64,000 nt of DNA from Octopus sinensis (GCF_006345805.1 NC_043002.1:47368001-47432000); one strand, 5' to 3'; shown: positions 1 through 13,498, counted from the stretch's first letter. The notes: generated from the sequence alone by a model not told the origin. Translations and numbers: made by a program.

Positions 1-48
1 TAAGCATTTTGTCCGGCGTGCTAACGATTCTACCAGTTCGCCGCCTTC
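1..48 (-). mobile_element. 5' head fragment of tRNA-derived SINE family B
   Basis: Reverse complement reads AAGGCGGCGAACTGGTAGAATCGTTAGCACGCCGG, the same head as the copies at 25855, 26033 and 39993. Confidence 0.75.
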
Positions 49-289
49 GGTAATGAATATGTTAAGATAAATCTGAACATTTAAGTAAATTGTTATTCTT
101 TCAGTTTCATTAGAAATAAAATTCTTACTTGTTTCATTTGTTAAATCGAGGCCATGTTGGGGCACACCATTGAAAAGTTTAGATGTGCAATCTGACTACG
201 GTACTTAATTTGTTCTTTTTCAAATCCAGGCATTTTGTCTATCAAACCTATATTACTGAACTACAAAATAACGGAGATATAAACAAACA

Positions 290-1089
290 GCAGTTGTCAA
301 GCTGTTTCCAGGACCTCAATGTAGGCGGTAGAGTTAACTATAAGGCTTTGCGGAAAGAAGTAAGGAGGTATCACATGCCCTTCATTGCTGACAACCCCTA
401 AAACCATGACAGTTGTAGGAAATTTTGTATGCATAACATTTGGAACTTCAGAAGGGTCTGAACATAACCATTTGTCATTTCTTCTGTTAACTTTTTGACA
501 TTGGTCGAAGCTTTTCTCGTTCGAAAAAAACCTAATCAAATCTTATTCTGCCGGATTTTTCAGTTTGTTTAAGAACATTTTAGATCTGATATAGTGATTT
601 TCTTTTGCTTTTTTTTTTTTTTTGACAAATGGATCTTTCTCCTCATCATATAAGACTTATATCTGATGTCTTCGCGGACAACATTTCTGACTGTTCCTTC
701 TGCAATTTCTGACTGTTCCTTTTGCAATTGACCTTATGGACTTTCTGGAATTGTAATCAATGGTCTGTTGAACTTGCTGGGTAAATTCAAGTGTTTTGGT
801 GATTTCAGAGCGTATATAATGCTTTTTATGCTTTGATACTGGTGATACGTTTTCATCTTCAGTCTCTAACTCCTTACAAACTTTGCAGACGAAAGATCTG
901 GTAACTTTTAAAAATCGAGATATTTCTGAATCGTTATGATCAGCCTTTTTTAACCACAATAACAACATGCCTTTTCATTTCTTGAGTAAGCTGAGGGTCT
1001 GCCATTATTATTTTCTGAAACCAAGATCATACAGTTAGCGAAAACAGTTATGACCCCAAAAATGTATGCCCTCAAATACCTTACGCATC

Positions 1090-1095
<6 letters not shown>
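290..1095 (-). pseudogene. Disrupted Tc1/mariner-superfamily transposase (maT/DD37D-like) with 5' terminus; 3' part missing
   Basis: ORFs 657-968 (HTH-like N-terminus) and 297-539 (FSNEKSF..NRRNDKW..KFPTTVMVLGVVSNEGHVIPPYFF..AYIEVL); the element end abuts a TA run at ~1095. Confidence 0.7.
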
Positions 1096-1167
<72 letters not shown>

Positions 1168-1196
1168 TATGTGTTTATGTATAGGTATATGAATCA

Positions 1197-1388
1197 GTAG
1201 CACGCCAGGCGAAATGCTAAGCGGTCTCGTCTGCAGCTACGTTCTGAGTTAAAATTTTTCCGAGGTTGACTTTGCCTTTCGTCTTTTTGAGTTCGATGAA
1301 ATAAGTACCAGTTAAGCACTTGGGTCGATGTAATCGACTAGCTCCCTTCCTCCCAAAATTTTCAAGGCCTTGTACCTAGATTAGAAAC
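1197..1388 (+). mobile_element. SINE family B
   Basis: AGCACGCC..GAAATGCT..GTTCTGAGTT..GACTTTGCCTTTC..AAGTACCAGTT..GGGTCGATGTAATCGACT body shared with many copies in the window. Confidence 0.8.
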
Positions 1389-1400
1389 AATTATAGGGTA

Positions 1401-2679
1401 CTAGCAGTATAGAACGGCTTTGCTCGAGATTAAGTTAGGATTATTTAGCTAATCAAGCTCTATATTTCAAAGCAAACTAAGTAACATCGACGTCAAATTT
1501 GAGTGAAATCCGTTGAAATTGGTAAATTTTTGGCTGAAAATTTGCAGACTATTTGATTGGAAAATCCCATGAGGAATCGGTTTATCGATTTTTCCCCTCA
1601 TCGATTGTTTTTTGTTTTTTCGTTTTTGGAGAACTTAAAGTATTCATAGATCCATTGAGTTTTAAGTAATGCTGGCATCAAGTTTGAACAAAATACATCA
1701 AAATTGCTAGACGTTATGGTTGAAAATGGGGTGTAGCCAATTTTAGTGGGAAGTCCTATAAGGAATCGGTTTATCGATTTTTTAAATTCTGATTAAATGG
1801 AAAACCCCATAAGGAATCAGTTTATTGATTTTTCACCCCAAATAGGACTTAACCGAACATTGCTGATTCAAAAACATCTATATTTATACTTTAAAGTTGG
1901 TTTTCATACCCAACCCAATTCTGCAGAATCAGTGTCGTGACGGGAGCGCATGGGTTGGGAGTTTGATCAGCAGAGGTGATCAGGTTGCATATGTCAACCC
2001 TTTTGAAAACACCACCTCATCATGTAACCCCACTTTGCCCATAGGTTGGGAAACTTTCCAGCAAGGAAAATAGAACACCCAAAAGGGCTCCCGATCCTCT
2101 GTGTGAGAAGCGGTTATGTTCAGATCACAACTAAGTATATATATATGGGCAACACATACACACACAAACATATAGGTACGTATACCTATCGCATACGCCT
2201 TTGCCTCTGCCCCTGTCCCACCACCACCTCCTACCCCAGTAATACCATCAATTGAAGCAAATTTAGCACCCGAACGTAAGTTTTGTAACAGGAATATAGA
2301 AGCCTACCTTCTCCCGCAGAGATGTGAGAGTCAGATCTCTCCTTTCGAAAACATGAACAGTTTAGAAATATTGTTTACAAAATGCAAATTTGGCACCCGG
2401 ATGTAAGTTTTGTAAGTGGAATAGAGAGACCTACCTTCTCCCACAGAGATGTGGGAGTCATTATCTCTCATTTCGAAAACATGAACACTTTCGAAACATT
2501 ATAATAACTGATCGTTTGCGAAGGAGCGTGTCTACAGTCAACACGTAGGTTTTTTTGCTCTGGTAACCTCTGCTCACTCCCATGTTAACGCACGACCAAC
2601 TATATATCGCTATAAGTAGAGCAACGGATTCAGCTAATTTTGAAATTAGTTGTGGAGAAATGGAGAATGTCGTTTATAT

Positions 2680-2711
<32 letters not shown>

Positions 2712-3217
2712 CGGGCAACACACACACACACACATTGCAGGCATGTGTTTTGTATGCATAAATGATCGTGTGTGTGTGTGTGTGTGTGTGTGTTTGTCTG
2801 TGTGTGTGTGTTTGTGTGTGTGTGTGTGACTGAAGCCATTCACACATACATACATAACAACCCCTGTCTGTCAATCACTCGCTAAAAAGAGGAAATTTTA
2901 AAAATCTGTTATCCCTCTCTCCCTCTCCCTCCTCCCTCTCTTTACACTATCGCTAGAAGGGGACTTAACTCATGTTTTGTAAACAATGGCGGATTTCTCC
3001 GCCGTGAAAATTGTTAGAAGTTATGGCTCAAAATTATTTACCGCTATTCGCGTGTGCCTCGGGGGAAACTAATTTGACGAAAATACAGCTAGGATCGTAA
3101 CGAATATCCTCTTAAAATTTGAGCGACAGGCGTGCTAATTTGTGGATGTGCATAAATTACATTCACGTACACACACACACACACATACACACACATTCTG
3201 CCTTATATATATACAGA
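1401..3217 (-). mobile_element. Non-autonomous Helitron
   Basis: Minus strand starts A|TCTGTATATATAT (3217) and ends with a degenerate hairpin (CTCGAGCAAAGCCGTTC) then CTAG|T (1401): canonical TC..CTAG termini in an A|T target; contains a ~130 bp tandem duplication (2260-2495) and CA/TA tracts. Confidence 0.7.
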
Positions 3218-3755
3218 TTAATTGTGTAAATCATTAATTTGTTTTGTGAAGTCACGAAAGTATAGACAAGAAAGAGAACTCGTCCAAATTTTCTCCTTCA
3301 GGAGAGAATATTTAGCCTTAGGTAAATCCTGATTAATTTAAAACTATGATCAAAGGCAATCTAATTGCGAGCTTCCCATTTTTGAGGCTATTTAGGATTA
3401 CATAATTTAATATGATAGGATGTTATTTGAGGGAAATTTAAGATGTCTTTTCTGTATCCCATTAGATCGTGTATTTTTATGATGATATTTACTATAAGGA
3501 AAATGTTTGCTGTTAAAAATTGAGCCTTACTTGCTTTATCATCGTCGTCATAGTCGTTATCATCATTATCTTTTTTGTCGTTATCATCATCATTTTAATG
3601 TCCATTTTCCCATGCTTGCATGGGATAGACAGAATTGGCTGAGGTTCCTTAGCAACCTTTACGCCTGTTTCCAAGCAAGGTAATATTACCAGGCATACTT
3701 TTAGTGAAAAATTGGAAATTAATGAAGCACAATCATCACACGATGCCACGACAAG

Positions 3756-3795
<40 letters not shown>

Positions 3796-4446
3796 CATTC
3801 GCACGCACACACACATATCACAGTTTCCATTGACAAATCCACTCACTAAATTTTTTTTATTTTCTGATATATTGTATCAGAGTTACCTTGGCCATGAATA
3901 AGGCTGCCTATAATATTAGATAAAATAACAGGTTAGAAAATAAAAATAGTTAATTGATCAACAGTTTTTGTATTTACTAATTTCATATATTTTGCCAGTG
4001 AAAAGCGAATACAATAAAAATGATTTTTCTTCTATCCGGCGGAGACCATGAATGTTTAGTAACCAGACACTTAGTAATACAGAAATAAATATCGACAATT
4101 TCTGATACTTCATACTGTCCTCTTTTCAATATTGCATGTACGCTTTTACATTTTTACTAGTTCTAGTCATTGAGCAGGACACTACCTTGAGCGGTTTATA
4201 GGATCATATTTCAGTACTTATATGATATACAGTTTATCAAACCTGGTTGTTGAACATCTTCGCTGCAGGGAATAAAAGAGATAATACAGATGTACAAGCA
4301 ATGTCAATTTGATGGAGGGAGTGGGCTAATGTACAGTACATACATTTAATCACTATAAACAAATCATTTATGCAGGTTGTTCAGCAAAACCTAAACACTC
4401 AGACGTCCTCTTCGACGGAAGATTCCCTCAAATGTGTGTGCGTATG

Positions 4447-4515
<69 letters not shown>

Positions 4516-4598
4516 CTGTCTATCTTCACACGCACACACATACATATATATGCAAACATACATGCATGCATTCATACATACATACATACATACATACA

Positions 4599-4629
<31 letters not shown>

Positions 4630-5099
4630 GCACAAATAGTAATGTTTGTTTTCATGTCCAGTTATAATAAAAACAATTTTATGTTAATCTGATGGTTACA
4701 CCTCACTAGTGCTAGTGACATAAAAAAAATCCAGTACGCAGTGGTTGGTATTAGCAGGATATCCAAAATTGTTATCAGAGCTGTACACACTCTGCTGGCC
4801 TGTTGGATCCTGTCAACCTGTTCAACCTATGTCAAGGATTTCTGAAAAATTTCCTTAGGCCCAGGTCAGAAAGGAAAAAAAAAGAACTACATAATCATAA
4901 TGCGATTGAACCAGAACATGTGTATGTTGAACTTGAAGGGTAGAAAGCATATAAAAGCAGGATAATTTGTGAGAAAGAAAAGGAAGCACTAGTAGAAATT
5001 TGGTATTATAGACAAAGGTGCCAAGAACGCAAAAGATCAGGACGTATGACGTATCATGACTTTTCACTTTCTTGGTGTCACTGTAGTGAAAATTTACAT

Positions 5100-5690
5100 T
5101 TTTGGTGCCTCATGAGTGGAAATTTAAAAAGAAAAGCTAAGTGTTTGTTGATATGGGAACTAAATACCTAACTCTAAATGCTAGTTCAGTATTTTCCATG
5201 TTATAAAGAAAATGTAGCATATTGTAGCAGGTTGAAAGACTATGAACGATGTCATAAAGCTTGTCTCAACTTACACCGTCACATTGTTAAAAAAATATGG
5301 ATACCACAATTCAGACAATTGATACAATCATGTATTAGAAAAAGCTCTAAGTGAACCTGGTAAGCAAAAAATTCTATGGGACTTTGATATCCAGATAGGC
5401 AAAACAATTGAACTCTGTAGACCAGGCATCACTATATAACATAAAAAAGAGAATGCCTCATAATAGACATCGCTATGCCTTCAGACAAAAACATGGCAAA
5501 ACAAAGTATAAAATATTTCGAAATATGCTCGTTAAAAGTAGAGATATCAAAAAATATAAGGATGCCCTGCAACAAAAGTAAAAGCTGTACCAGTTTATTA
5601 TCAGAGTATTAGGTTTAATTCCTTCAAAGTTATCATACCACCTGGAATGCTGGATATATATGCAAATCTCCAAAAATCTCTTTCTTTGGA
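5100..5690 (+). pseudogene. Degenerate 3' fragment of an RLE-type (R4-like) non-LTR retrotransposon
   Basis: Broken remnants ILWDFDIQ..CLIIDIAMP..AVPV.I..LGLIP paralleling the RLE domain of the better-preserved copies. Confidence 0.55.
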
Positions 5691-5699
5691 ATACCCTTT

Positions 5700-5908
5700 T
5701 ACCCTTTTATTTGTTTCAGTCATTTGACTGCGGCCATGCTGGAGCACCGCCTTTAGTCGAGCAAATCGACCCCAGGACTTATTCTTTGGAAGCCTAGTAC
5801 TTATTCTATCGGTCTCTTTTGCCGAACCACTAAGCTACGGGAACGTAAACACACCACCATCGGTTGTCAAGCGATGTTGGGGGACAAACACAAACACACA
5901 TACATATG

Positions 5909-5956
<48 letters not shown>

Positions 5957-6120
5957 CGACGGTCTTCTTTCAGTTTCTATCTACAAAATCCGCTCACAAG
6001 GCTTTGGTCGGCCCGAGAGTATAGTAGAAGGCATTTACCCAAGGTGCCACGCTGTGAGAATGAACCCGAAACCAGTGGTTGGTAAGCAAGCTACTTACCA
6101 CACAGCCACTCCTGCGCCTA
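5700..6120 (-). mobile_element. SINE family A with internal CA/TA microsatellite
   Basis: Reverse complement starts TAGGCGCAGGAGTGGCTGTGTGGTAAGTAGCTTGC (tRNA-like head) and ends GGCCGCAGTCAAATGACTGAAACAAAT. Confidence 0.85.
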
Positions 6121-6327
6121 TAATTCATAATAGTTCATATTTTTTGAAAGATTCTTTATATTTAATGTCTGAAGTTAACAGGAAGAAGAATAACAACAAA
6201 ATCAGCATTTTATATCCATACTATGCAATGAAATGTAATAAGAAGGACAGTACATTTAAAAATATATATAGTTAAAATGGCAATAACAATGTCAATAATA
6301 ATGATAATACGACAAATAATAGCAATA

Positions 6328-6525
6328 ATCCTTTCTACTATCTGAAATTTGGGTAAAGGGCATTGCCAATTACATCGATCCCAGTACTCAACTTGTATTT
6401 ATTTTATCGAACCTGGAAGAATGAAAGGCAAAGTCGACCTCGACAGAATTTGAACTCAGAACGTGACGGCGGACAAAAAGCCGCTAAGCATTTCACTCAG
6501 TGTGCTAACGATTCTGCCAGCTCAG
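6328..6525 (-). mobile_element. SINE family B
   Basis: Reverse complement of GAGCTGGCAGAATCGTTAGCAC..GAGTTCAAATTC..GTCGACTTTGCCTTTC. Confidence 0.8.
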
Positions 6526-6570
6526 AATATTAGTAATAATAATAATAATAATAATAATATAATAATAATA

Positions 6571-6608
<38 letters not shown>

Positions 6609-6654
6609 TAATAATAATAATAATGACATCAACAATAATAATAATAATAAAAAT

Positions 6655-8639
6655 AAGGATCGACTACAAAAAGGCGTAAGGATCGACTACAAAAAGGCGT
6701 TTGATAGCATCCCCCACACATGGATTCTCGAAATACTAGCCATGAACAAAGTTGCACCAACAATTATAAAGTACATAGGACACTCTATGAATAAATGGCA
6801 AACAGTGCTACAGCTCCAAACAAAAGAGGGACTTGTGAAAACCAAAGCCATCCCCATTAGAAGATGAATATTCCAGGGTGACACGCTCTCTCCACTCCTT
6901 TTCTGCTTGGCACTGTCACCTCTATCGGATATGCTAAACAGAACTGGATGCGGATATAAATGTTACGACAAAAAGATCAGCCACCTTTTATATATGAATG
7001 ACCTAAAACTATACGCTACAAATGACAAACAGCTGGAAACACAACTAAAGACAGTTCATGGATTTACCAAAGAAATAGATATGAAATTTGGATGAGAGAA
7101 ATGCGCCAAAGTAACCCTGAAAAGAGGAAAACTAATTAAGAGTAGCAACATCACACTAGATAAAGCCAATGAAATAAAAGAATTAGACCAAAACCAAACT
7201 TACAAATACTTAGGAATCCATGAACTAGATACGACACAACACACACAAATGAAAGAGAAAATAAAAAATGAATATTATAGACGAGTTAGATCAATACTGA
7301 AAACAGAGCTCAATGCTAAAAACAAGATAATAGGTATCAACACTTTAGCCGTCCCAGTTATAAGTTACAGCTACAATATCCTTAACTGGACACTAAATGA
7401 ACTGACCAAAATAGATAGGAAAACAAGAAAAATACTGACAGGATCTAGGATACATCACCCAAAATCTGACATAGAAAGACTATATATACAACGTATAGAT
7501 GGTGGTAGAGGCCTTATACAGCTGGAAAACTACTATAAAATAACCACCATAGGACTGCAAAAATATCTACTTCAGAAGGAAGGAAAACTGATACAAATAG
7601 CGGCAAAACACGAGCAAAACAAAAAACTGTTCTCAGTATTTAAGGAAGCTGACAAATACAAACAAGAAATCATACTACCTAACAAATATGAAGAAGAAGA
7701 AGAAGATGAAGAAACAACAAAAGCTATAAAACAAATGAAATCCAAACTAAAAATAGAACAGCAACGAACCATGATAAAACGATGTCAAGAAAAGCCCCTT
7801 CATGGCAAATACTGGACTAAACTAAATGCAAAAGAGATAGACAAAGAAAAATCCCAACAATGGTTGAGAAGCTCAGGACTCAAAACAGAGACAGAAGGTT
7901 TTTTAATTGCAGCACAAGACCAAAGCCTCCCCACCAGAAATTACCAAAAACATGTAATGAAAAGAAATATAACAAGTAACTGCAGAATATGTGGAGATGG
8001 ACAAGAAACAATAAATCATATTATCTCTGGCTGCCCAGTCCTGGCTAAGAAGGAATATATTCACAGGCACGACAGAGTTGGGACCTATATACACTGGAAA
8101 CTATGCCAACATTATGGAATAACAACAGAAAAGAGATGGTATAGGCACGCACCAGAAAAGGTCACAGAAAACGAGAAAGCAACCATACTCTGGGATATGA
8201 CAATACACACAGATAGAGAAATTAAGGCCAACAGACCAGATATAGTTGTCAGAGATCATGAAGAAAAAATGTTTTCTAATTGATGTATCAATACCAGCGG
8301 ATGTCAATGTGTCTCTAAAAGAAATGGAGAAACTTTCGAAATACAAAGACCTGGAAATAGAGGTAACCAGAATGTGGAATCTAAAAGCAGAAACAATTCC
8401 TATCATAATAGGTGCATTAGGCATGATAAAAAATATTCAGACAAATACATAACAAAAACACCAGGACTTACAAACATATATAACACAGAAAATTGCACTA
8501 CTAGGCACTGCACACATCCTACGCAGAACACTTTCCATACAATAACCATCAGAGCATCACAACAAATCACAGCACATACCCAAGGCACACAGAGCTGCGC
8601 TCGGTAGTGAAGTGAAAGCACGATATAAAAAATATACTA

Positions 8640-8643
<4 letters not shown>
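6655..8643 (+). mobile_element. R4/Dong-like non-LTR retrotransposon family 1, copy 1 (5'-truncated, disrupted)
   Basis: IDYKKAFDSIPH, FQGDTLSP, YMND (YMDD broken), ORF 7249-8283 with CRIC..HIISGC zinc knuckle and RPD..LID RLE motif; 3' UTR ends CTACTG(AAT)n; flanked by (AAT)n on both sides. Confidence 0.9.
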
Positions 8644-8705
<62 letters not shown>

Positions 8706-8707
<2 letters not shown>

Positions 8708-9066
8708 TACAATACCGACAGATGACAACGTGGCTCTAAAAGAAATGAAGAAACTTTCAAAATACAAAGACCTGGAAATAGAGGTAACCAGAATGTGGAA
8801 CCTGAAAACAGAAACAAATCCTATCATAGTAGGTGCATTAGGCATGATAAAAAAATATTCAGACAAATACATAACAAAAACACCAGGACTTACAAACACA
8901 TATAACATACAGAAAATTGCACTACTAGGCACTGCACACATCCTACGCAGAACACACTCCATACAATAACCATAAGAGCATCACAACAAATCACAGCACA
9001 TACCCAAGGCACACAGAGCTGCGCTCGGTAGTTAAGTGAAAGCACTCTATAAAAATAAAACTACTG
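8706..9066 (+). mobile_element. R4/Dong-like family 1, copy 2 (3'-terminal 360 bp only)
   Basis: ORF 8730-8969 ([24 protein letters not shown]) plus the same 3' UTR and (AAT)n tail. Confidence 0.9.
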
Positions 9067-9079
9067 AATAATAATAATG

Positions 9080-9136
<57 letters not shown>

Positions 9137-12100
9137 GGAGAACACCGGGGAACGTTTAAGGGAGAACACCGGGGAACGTTTAAGATGTAAGAAGGAAAAT
9201 ACAGAGCTCCGAAATCTATCCACAAACATCGAAAACAAGGACATCCTATGGAGCCAAAGATCTACTAACAAAGAATAGGACTGTATCCGGGTAAGTAATA
9301 CTAATTGAAATTTATTACTATTTTCGAAACGAAATGATGTATTTTGACTCGATATCATCTCCACCTCTAACACAACACATGTAAACATGCGTGGAACATC
9401 ACGATCATCCCCGACCCAAAACACCATGTACAAAGGAACTACGAAGAAATTAAATGCCACCGATACTATTCAACCCAAGAATAACAATCGAGCGGTACGT
9501 ACATTAAACTTACAACAAAAAATGTACGAAAAACTACACGTGCGAAATAATGTGACAACAGAAATAAACGGACCGGTACCCTACGAAAATGACGACCGTC
9601 AAAATAATGGGCCGGACGTTGTACCTCATGTCCCGCAAATAAAACCCAAAAGACGTAAATGGACACGTGAGGAATACATTTCTATCTTACACGCATACTT
9701 CACAGCAATGCTCTACCCAAAAAATGAAAATACAACAACACATACATATAAAATATGGAAGGAAAATAATAGAGATATAGACTTGGATACAGCAATGAAC
9801 CCTAATAAATTAGCTAATGTACGAAGATACGTTCTCAACACAAAAAAAATATCAGAAATAGAAATAGAACATCTAAAAGAAAACATACACCAGGAAAATG
9901 TAGATAGAAGCCACACAACAATGCCCAATAATATAAACACTGAAACAGTAAAACACGAAGACAAACGTAACATTCCCAACAAACACGATGTAAACAAAAA
10001 ACAACAAACCCAAACCGTAAGGATGCATAATAATACACGACAAACAGCAAGCAAAAACACGGCAAATAAACATATAAATAAGAAAGAAAGCGACACAAAG
10101 CTAAAACCTGGAAACAACGAAGGGGAGCCTAATGATTATGATAATATAAAAAGTAAAATAATCAAAGAACTGAAAACCACAGAGCTCAAAATGGACCACC
10201 GACCATACCTCCCAAAAATCAAAATAGACGAAACAACAACACCAATTATAAACAGCATAAACCTAGCCGTCACGGAATTAATAGCCACTGAAACAAAAAG
10301 CGATATCGCTGAGCTAAATGACTTAGTATACGCAGCAGCCACTGCAGCCACAAAAGAAGCTGGATACTCACTCAAACCCGCCCAAACAGGAGTACCACCA
10401 CCCAAACAAACCCTGTGGATAAATAACATCCAAAACAAAATAAAAAAAATGAGAAAAGATCTGTCGATTCTTAATGAAATCAGCAAACAATCAACGCTAC
10501 TGAGCAACAAAAAAAGAACAAAAATGCTCCGCAAATATAACATCACAGAAAAAGATTTGCCGGAGATAAAAGAAAAGCTGAAGCAAGATATCCTTGCCAA
10601 AGCTCAAAGGATCCGCCGGTACGTGAAACGCCAAAGCTTCTTTGAACAGAACAAAAAGTTCAACTCCAACCCCAAAAAGTTCTACCAAGAACTGGGAAAA
10701 AAATAAAATAGAAGTCACTGCAGCACCAACGGCAGAAGAATTGGAAGAATTCTGGAGAGAAATATGGTCGGCGAACGAACAGCCAAAAAAAAGGAGTATC
10801 AAAATAACAAACTCGGCATCTGAACAACTTTGGACCCCCATAACAACTGAAGAGGTCACCCAGGCACTGCAAAAACTAAGCAACTGGAAGGCACCTGGGC
10901 ATGACAAGATCCCCAACTTCTGGTTGAAATATCTAACAGGAATGCACAAAAAGCTGGCTGAAAACTTTAACAGCATACTAGCAGAGCCAGAGACAATGCC
11001 TGAATGGCTCACGAAGGGGAAAACCATCTTAATTCCCAAATCAAATGAAGCAGCAAAACCAGAAAACTACAGACCAATAACCTGCCTCCCTACTATGTTC
11101 AAGGCATTTACTGCAGTGATATCGCAAAGGCTGAACAAGCACCTGGACGAAAACAAACTGTTCTCAGAAGAGCAGAAAGGATGCCGCAAAGGCTCATATG
11201 GCTGTAAAGATCAACTAATGATTAATAAAGCCGTAACTGAAGACAGCCACAGAAAGAAGAAAGGCCTCAGTATGGCCTGGATTGACTACAAAAAGGCGTT
11301 TGATAGCATCACCCACACATGGATCCTCGAAACACTAGCCATTAACAAAGTAGCACCAATAATCATAAAATTCATAGAGCACTCTATGAATAAATGGCAA
11401 ACAGTCCTACACCTCCAAACAAAAGAGGGACTCATGAAAACCAAAGACATCCCCATTAGGAGAGGAATATTCCAGGGAGACACGCTCTCTCCACTCCTTT
11501 TCTGCTTGGCACTGTCACCTCTATCTGATATGCTAACTAGAACTGGATGCTGATATAAATGTTACGGCAAAACGATCAGCCACCTTTTATATATGGATGA
11601 CCTAAAATTATACGCTGCAAATGACAAACAGCTGGAAACACTATTAAAGACAGTTCATGGATCTACCAAAGAAATAGATATGAAATTTGGATGAGAGAAA
11701 TGCGCCAAAGTAACCATGAAAAGAGGAAAACTAGTTAAGAGTAACAACATCACACTAGATAAAACCAATGAAATAAAAGAATTAGACCAAAGCCAAACTT
11801 ACAAATACTTAGGAATCCATGAACTAGACAAGACACAACACACACAAATGAAAGAGAAAAGAAAAAAAGAATATTATAGACGAGTTAGATCAATACTGAA
11901 AACAGAGCTCAATGCTAAAAACAAGATAATAGGTATCAACACTTTAGCCGTACCAGTTATAAGTTACAGCTACAATATCCTTAACTGGACACGAAATGAA
12001 CTGTCCAAAATAGATAGGAAAACAAGAAAAATACTGACAGGATCTAGGATGCATCACCCAAAATCTGACATAGAAAGACTATATATACAACTTATAGAAG

Positions 12101-13252
12101 GTGGTAGAGGCCTTATACAGCTGGAAAACTACTATAAAATAACCACCATAGGACTGCAAAAATATCTACTTCAGAAGGAAGGAAAACTGATCCAGATAGC
12201 AGCAAAACACGAGCAAAATAAAAAACTGTTCTCAGTATTTAAGGAAGCTGACAAATACAAACAAGAAATCATACCACCTAATAAACATGAAGAAGAAGAA
12301 GAAGAAGAAGAAGATGAAGAAACAACAAAAGCTATAAAACAAATGAAATCCAAACTAAAAATAGAACAGCAACGAACCATGATAAAACGATGTCAAGAAA
12401 AGCCCCTTCATGGTAAATACTGCACTAAACTAAACGCAAAAGAAATAGACAAAGAAAAATCCCAGCAATGGTTGAGAAGCTCAGGACTCAAAGCAGAAAC
12501 AGAGGGATTTTTAATTGCAGCACAAGACCAAGCCTCCCCACCAGAAATTACCAAAAACATGTAATGAAAAGAAATATTACAAGTAACTGCAGAATATGTG
12601 GAGATGGACAAGAAACAATAAATCATATTATCTCTAGCTGCCCAGTCCTGGCTAAGAAGGAATATATTCACAGACATGACAGAGTTGGAACCTACATACA
12701 TTGGAAGCTATGCCAACATTATGGAATAACAACAGAAAAAAGATGGTATAGGCACACACCAGAAAAGGTCACAGAAAACGAGAAAGCAACCATACTCTGG
12801 GATATGCCGATACACACAGACAGAGAAATTAAGGCCAACAGACCAGATATAGTTGTCAGAGATCATGAAGAAAAAAAATTCTTTCTAATTGATGTATCAA
12901 TACCGTCAGATGACAACGTGTCTTCAAAAGGAAATGGAGAAACTCTCAAAATACAAAGACCTGGAAATAGAGGTAACTAGAATGTGGAACCTGAAAACAG
13001 AAACAATTCCTATCATAGTAGGTGCATTAGGCATGATAAAAAAATATTCAGATAAATACATAAAAACACCAGGACTTACAAACACATATAACATACAGAA
13101 AATTGCACTACTAGGCACTGCACACATCCTACGCAGAACACTTTCCATACAATAACCATCAGAGCATCACAACAAATCACAGCACATACCCAAGGCACAC
13201 AGAGCTGCGCTCGGTAGTGAAGTGAAAGCACGCTATAAAAATAAAACTACTG
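9137..13252 (+). mobile_element. R4/Dong-like family 1, copy 3 (near full length, frameshifted)
   Basis: One ancestral ORF split into 9387-10706 (KRRKWTREE N-terminal motif), 10642-11553 (RT: YRPITCL, WIDYKKAFDS, FQGDTLSP), YMDD, 11716-12564, 12468-12980 and 12889-13155 (zinc knuckle, RLE); (AAT)n on both sides. Confidence 0.92.
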
Positions 13253-13279
13253 AATAATAATAATAATAATTATAATAAC

Positions 13280-13480
13280 ACTTTCTACTATAAGCAAAAG
13301 GCCTGGAATTTAAGAAGAGGGTGATGGTCGATAACACCGACTCCAGTACTTGACTAGTACTTATTTTATCGACCTCGAAAGGATGAAAGACGAAGTCGAC
13401 TTCAGCGAAATTAGAACTCAGAACATAAAGACGGGTAAAATAACATTAAGTATTTTGCCCGGTGTGCTAACGATTCTGCA
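13280..13480 (-). mobile_element. SINE family B
   Basis: Same body as 6328-6525. Confidence 0.75.
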
Positions 13481-13498
13481 AGTAACAACAACAGCAGC

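Noticed and set aside
5990-6120. tRNA-like heads as functional tRNA genes
   Set aside because: No complete cloverleaf; always fused to SINE bodies
7093-7095. Shared TGA read as selenocysteine
   Set aside because: The aligned residue is Leu, not Cys, and I see no SECIS-like element
9137-9184. Short direct repeats (also 14689-14817) as a CRISPR array
   Set aside because: No spacers, no cas genes, eukaryotic context
9466-11039. Antisense ORFs over the LINE copies
   Set aside because: By-products of the A-rich codon bias of the sense ORF; no motifs
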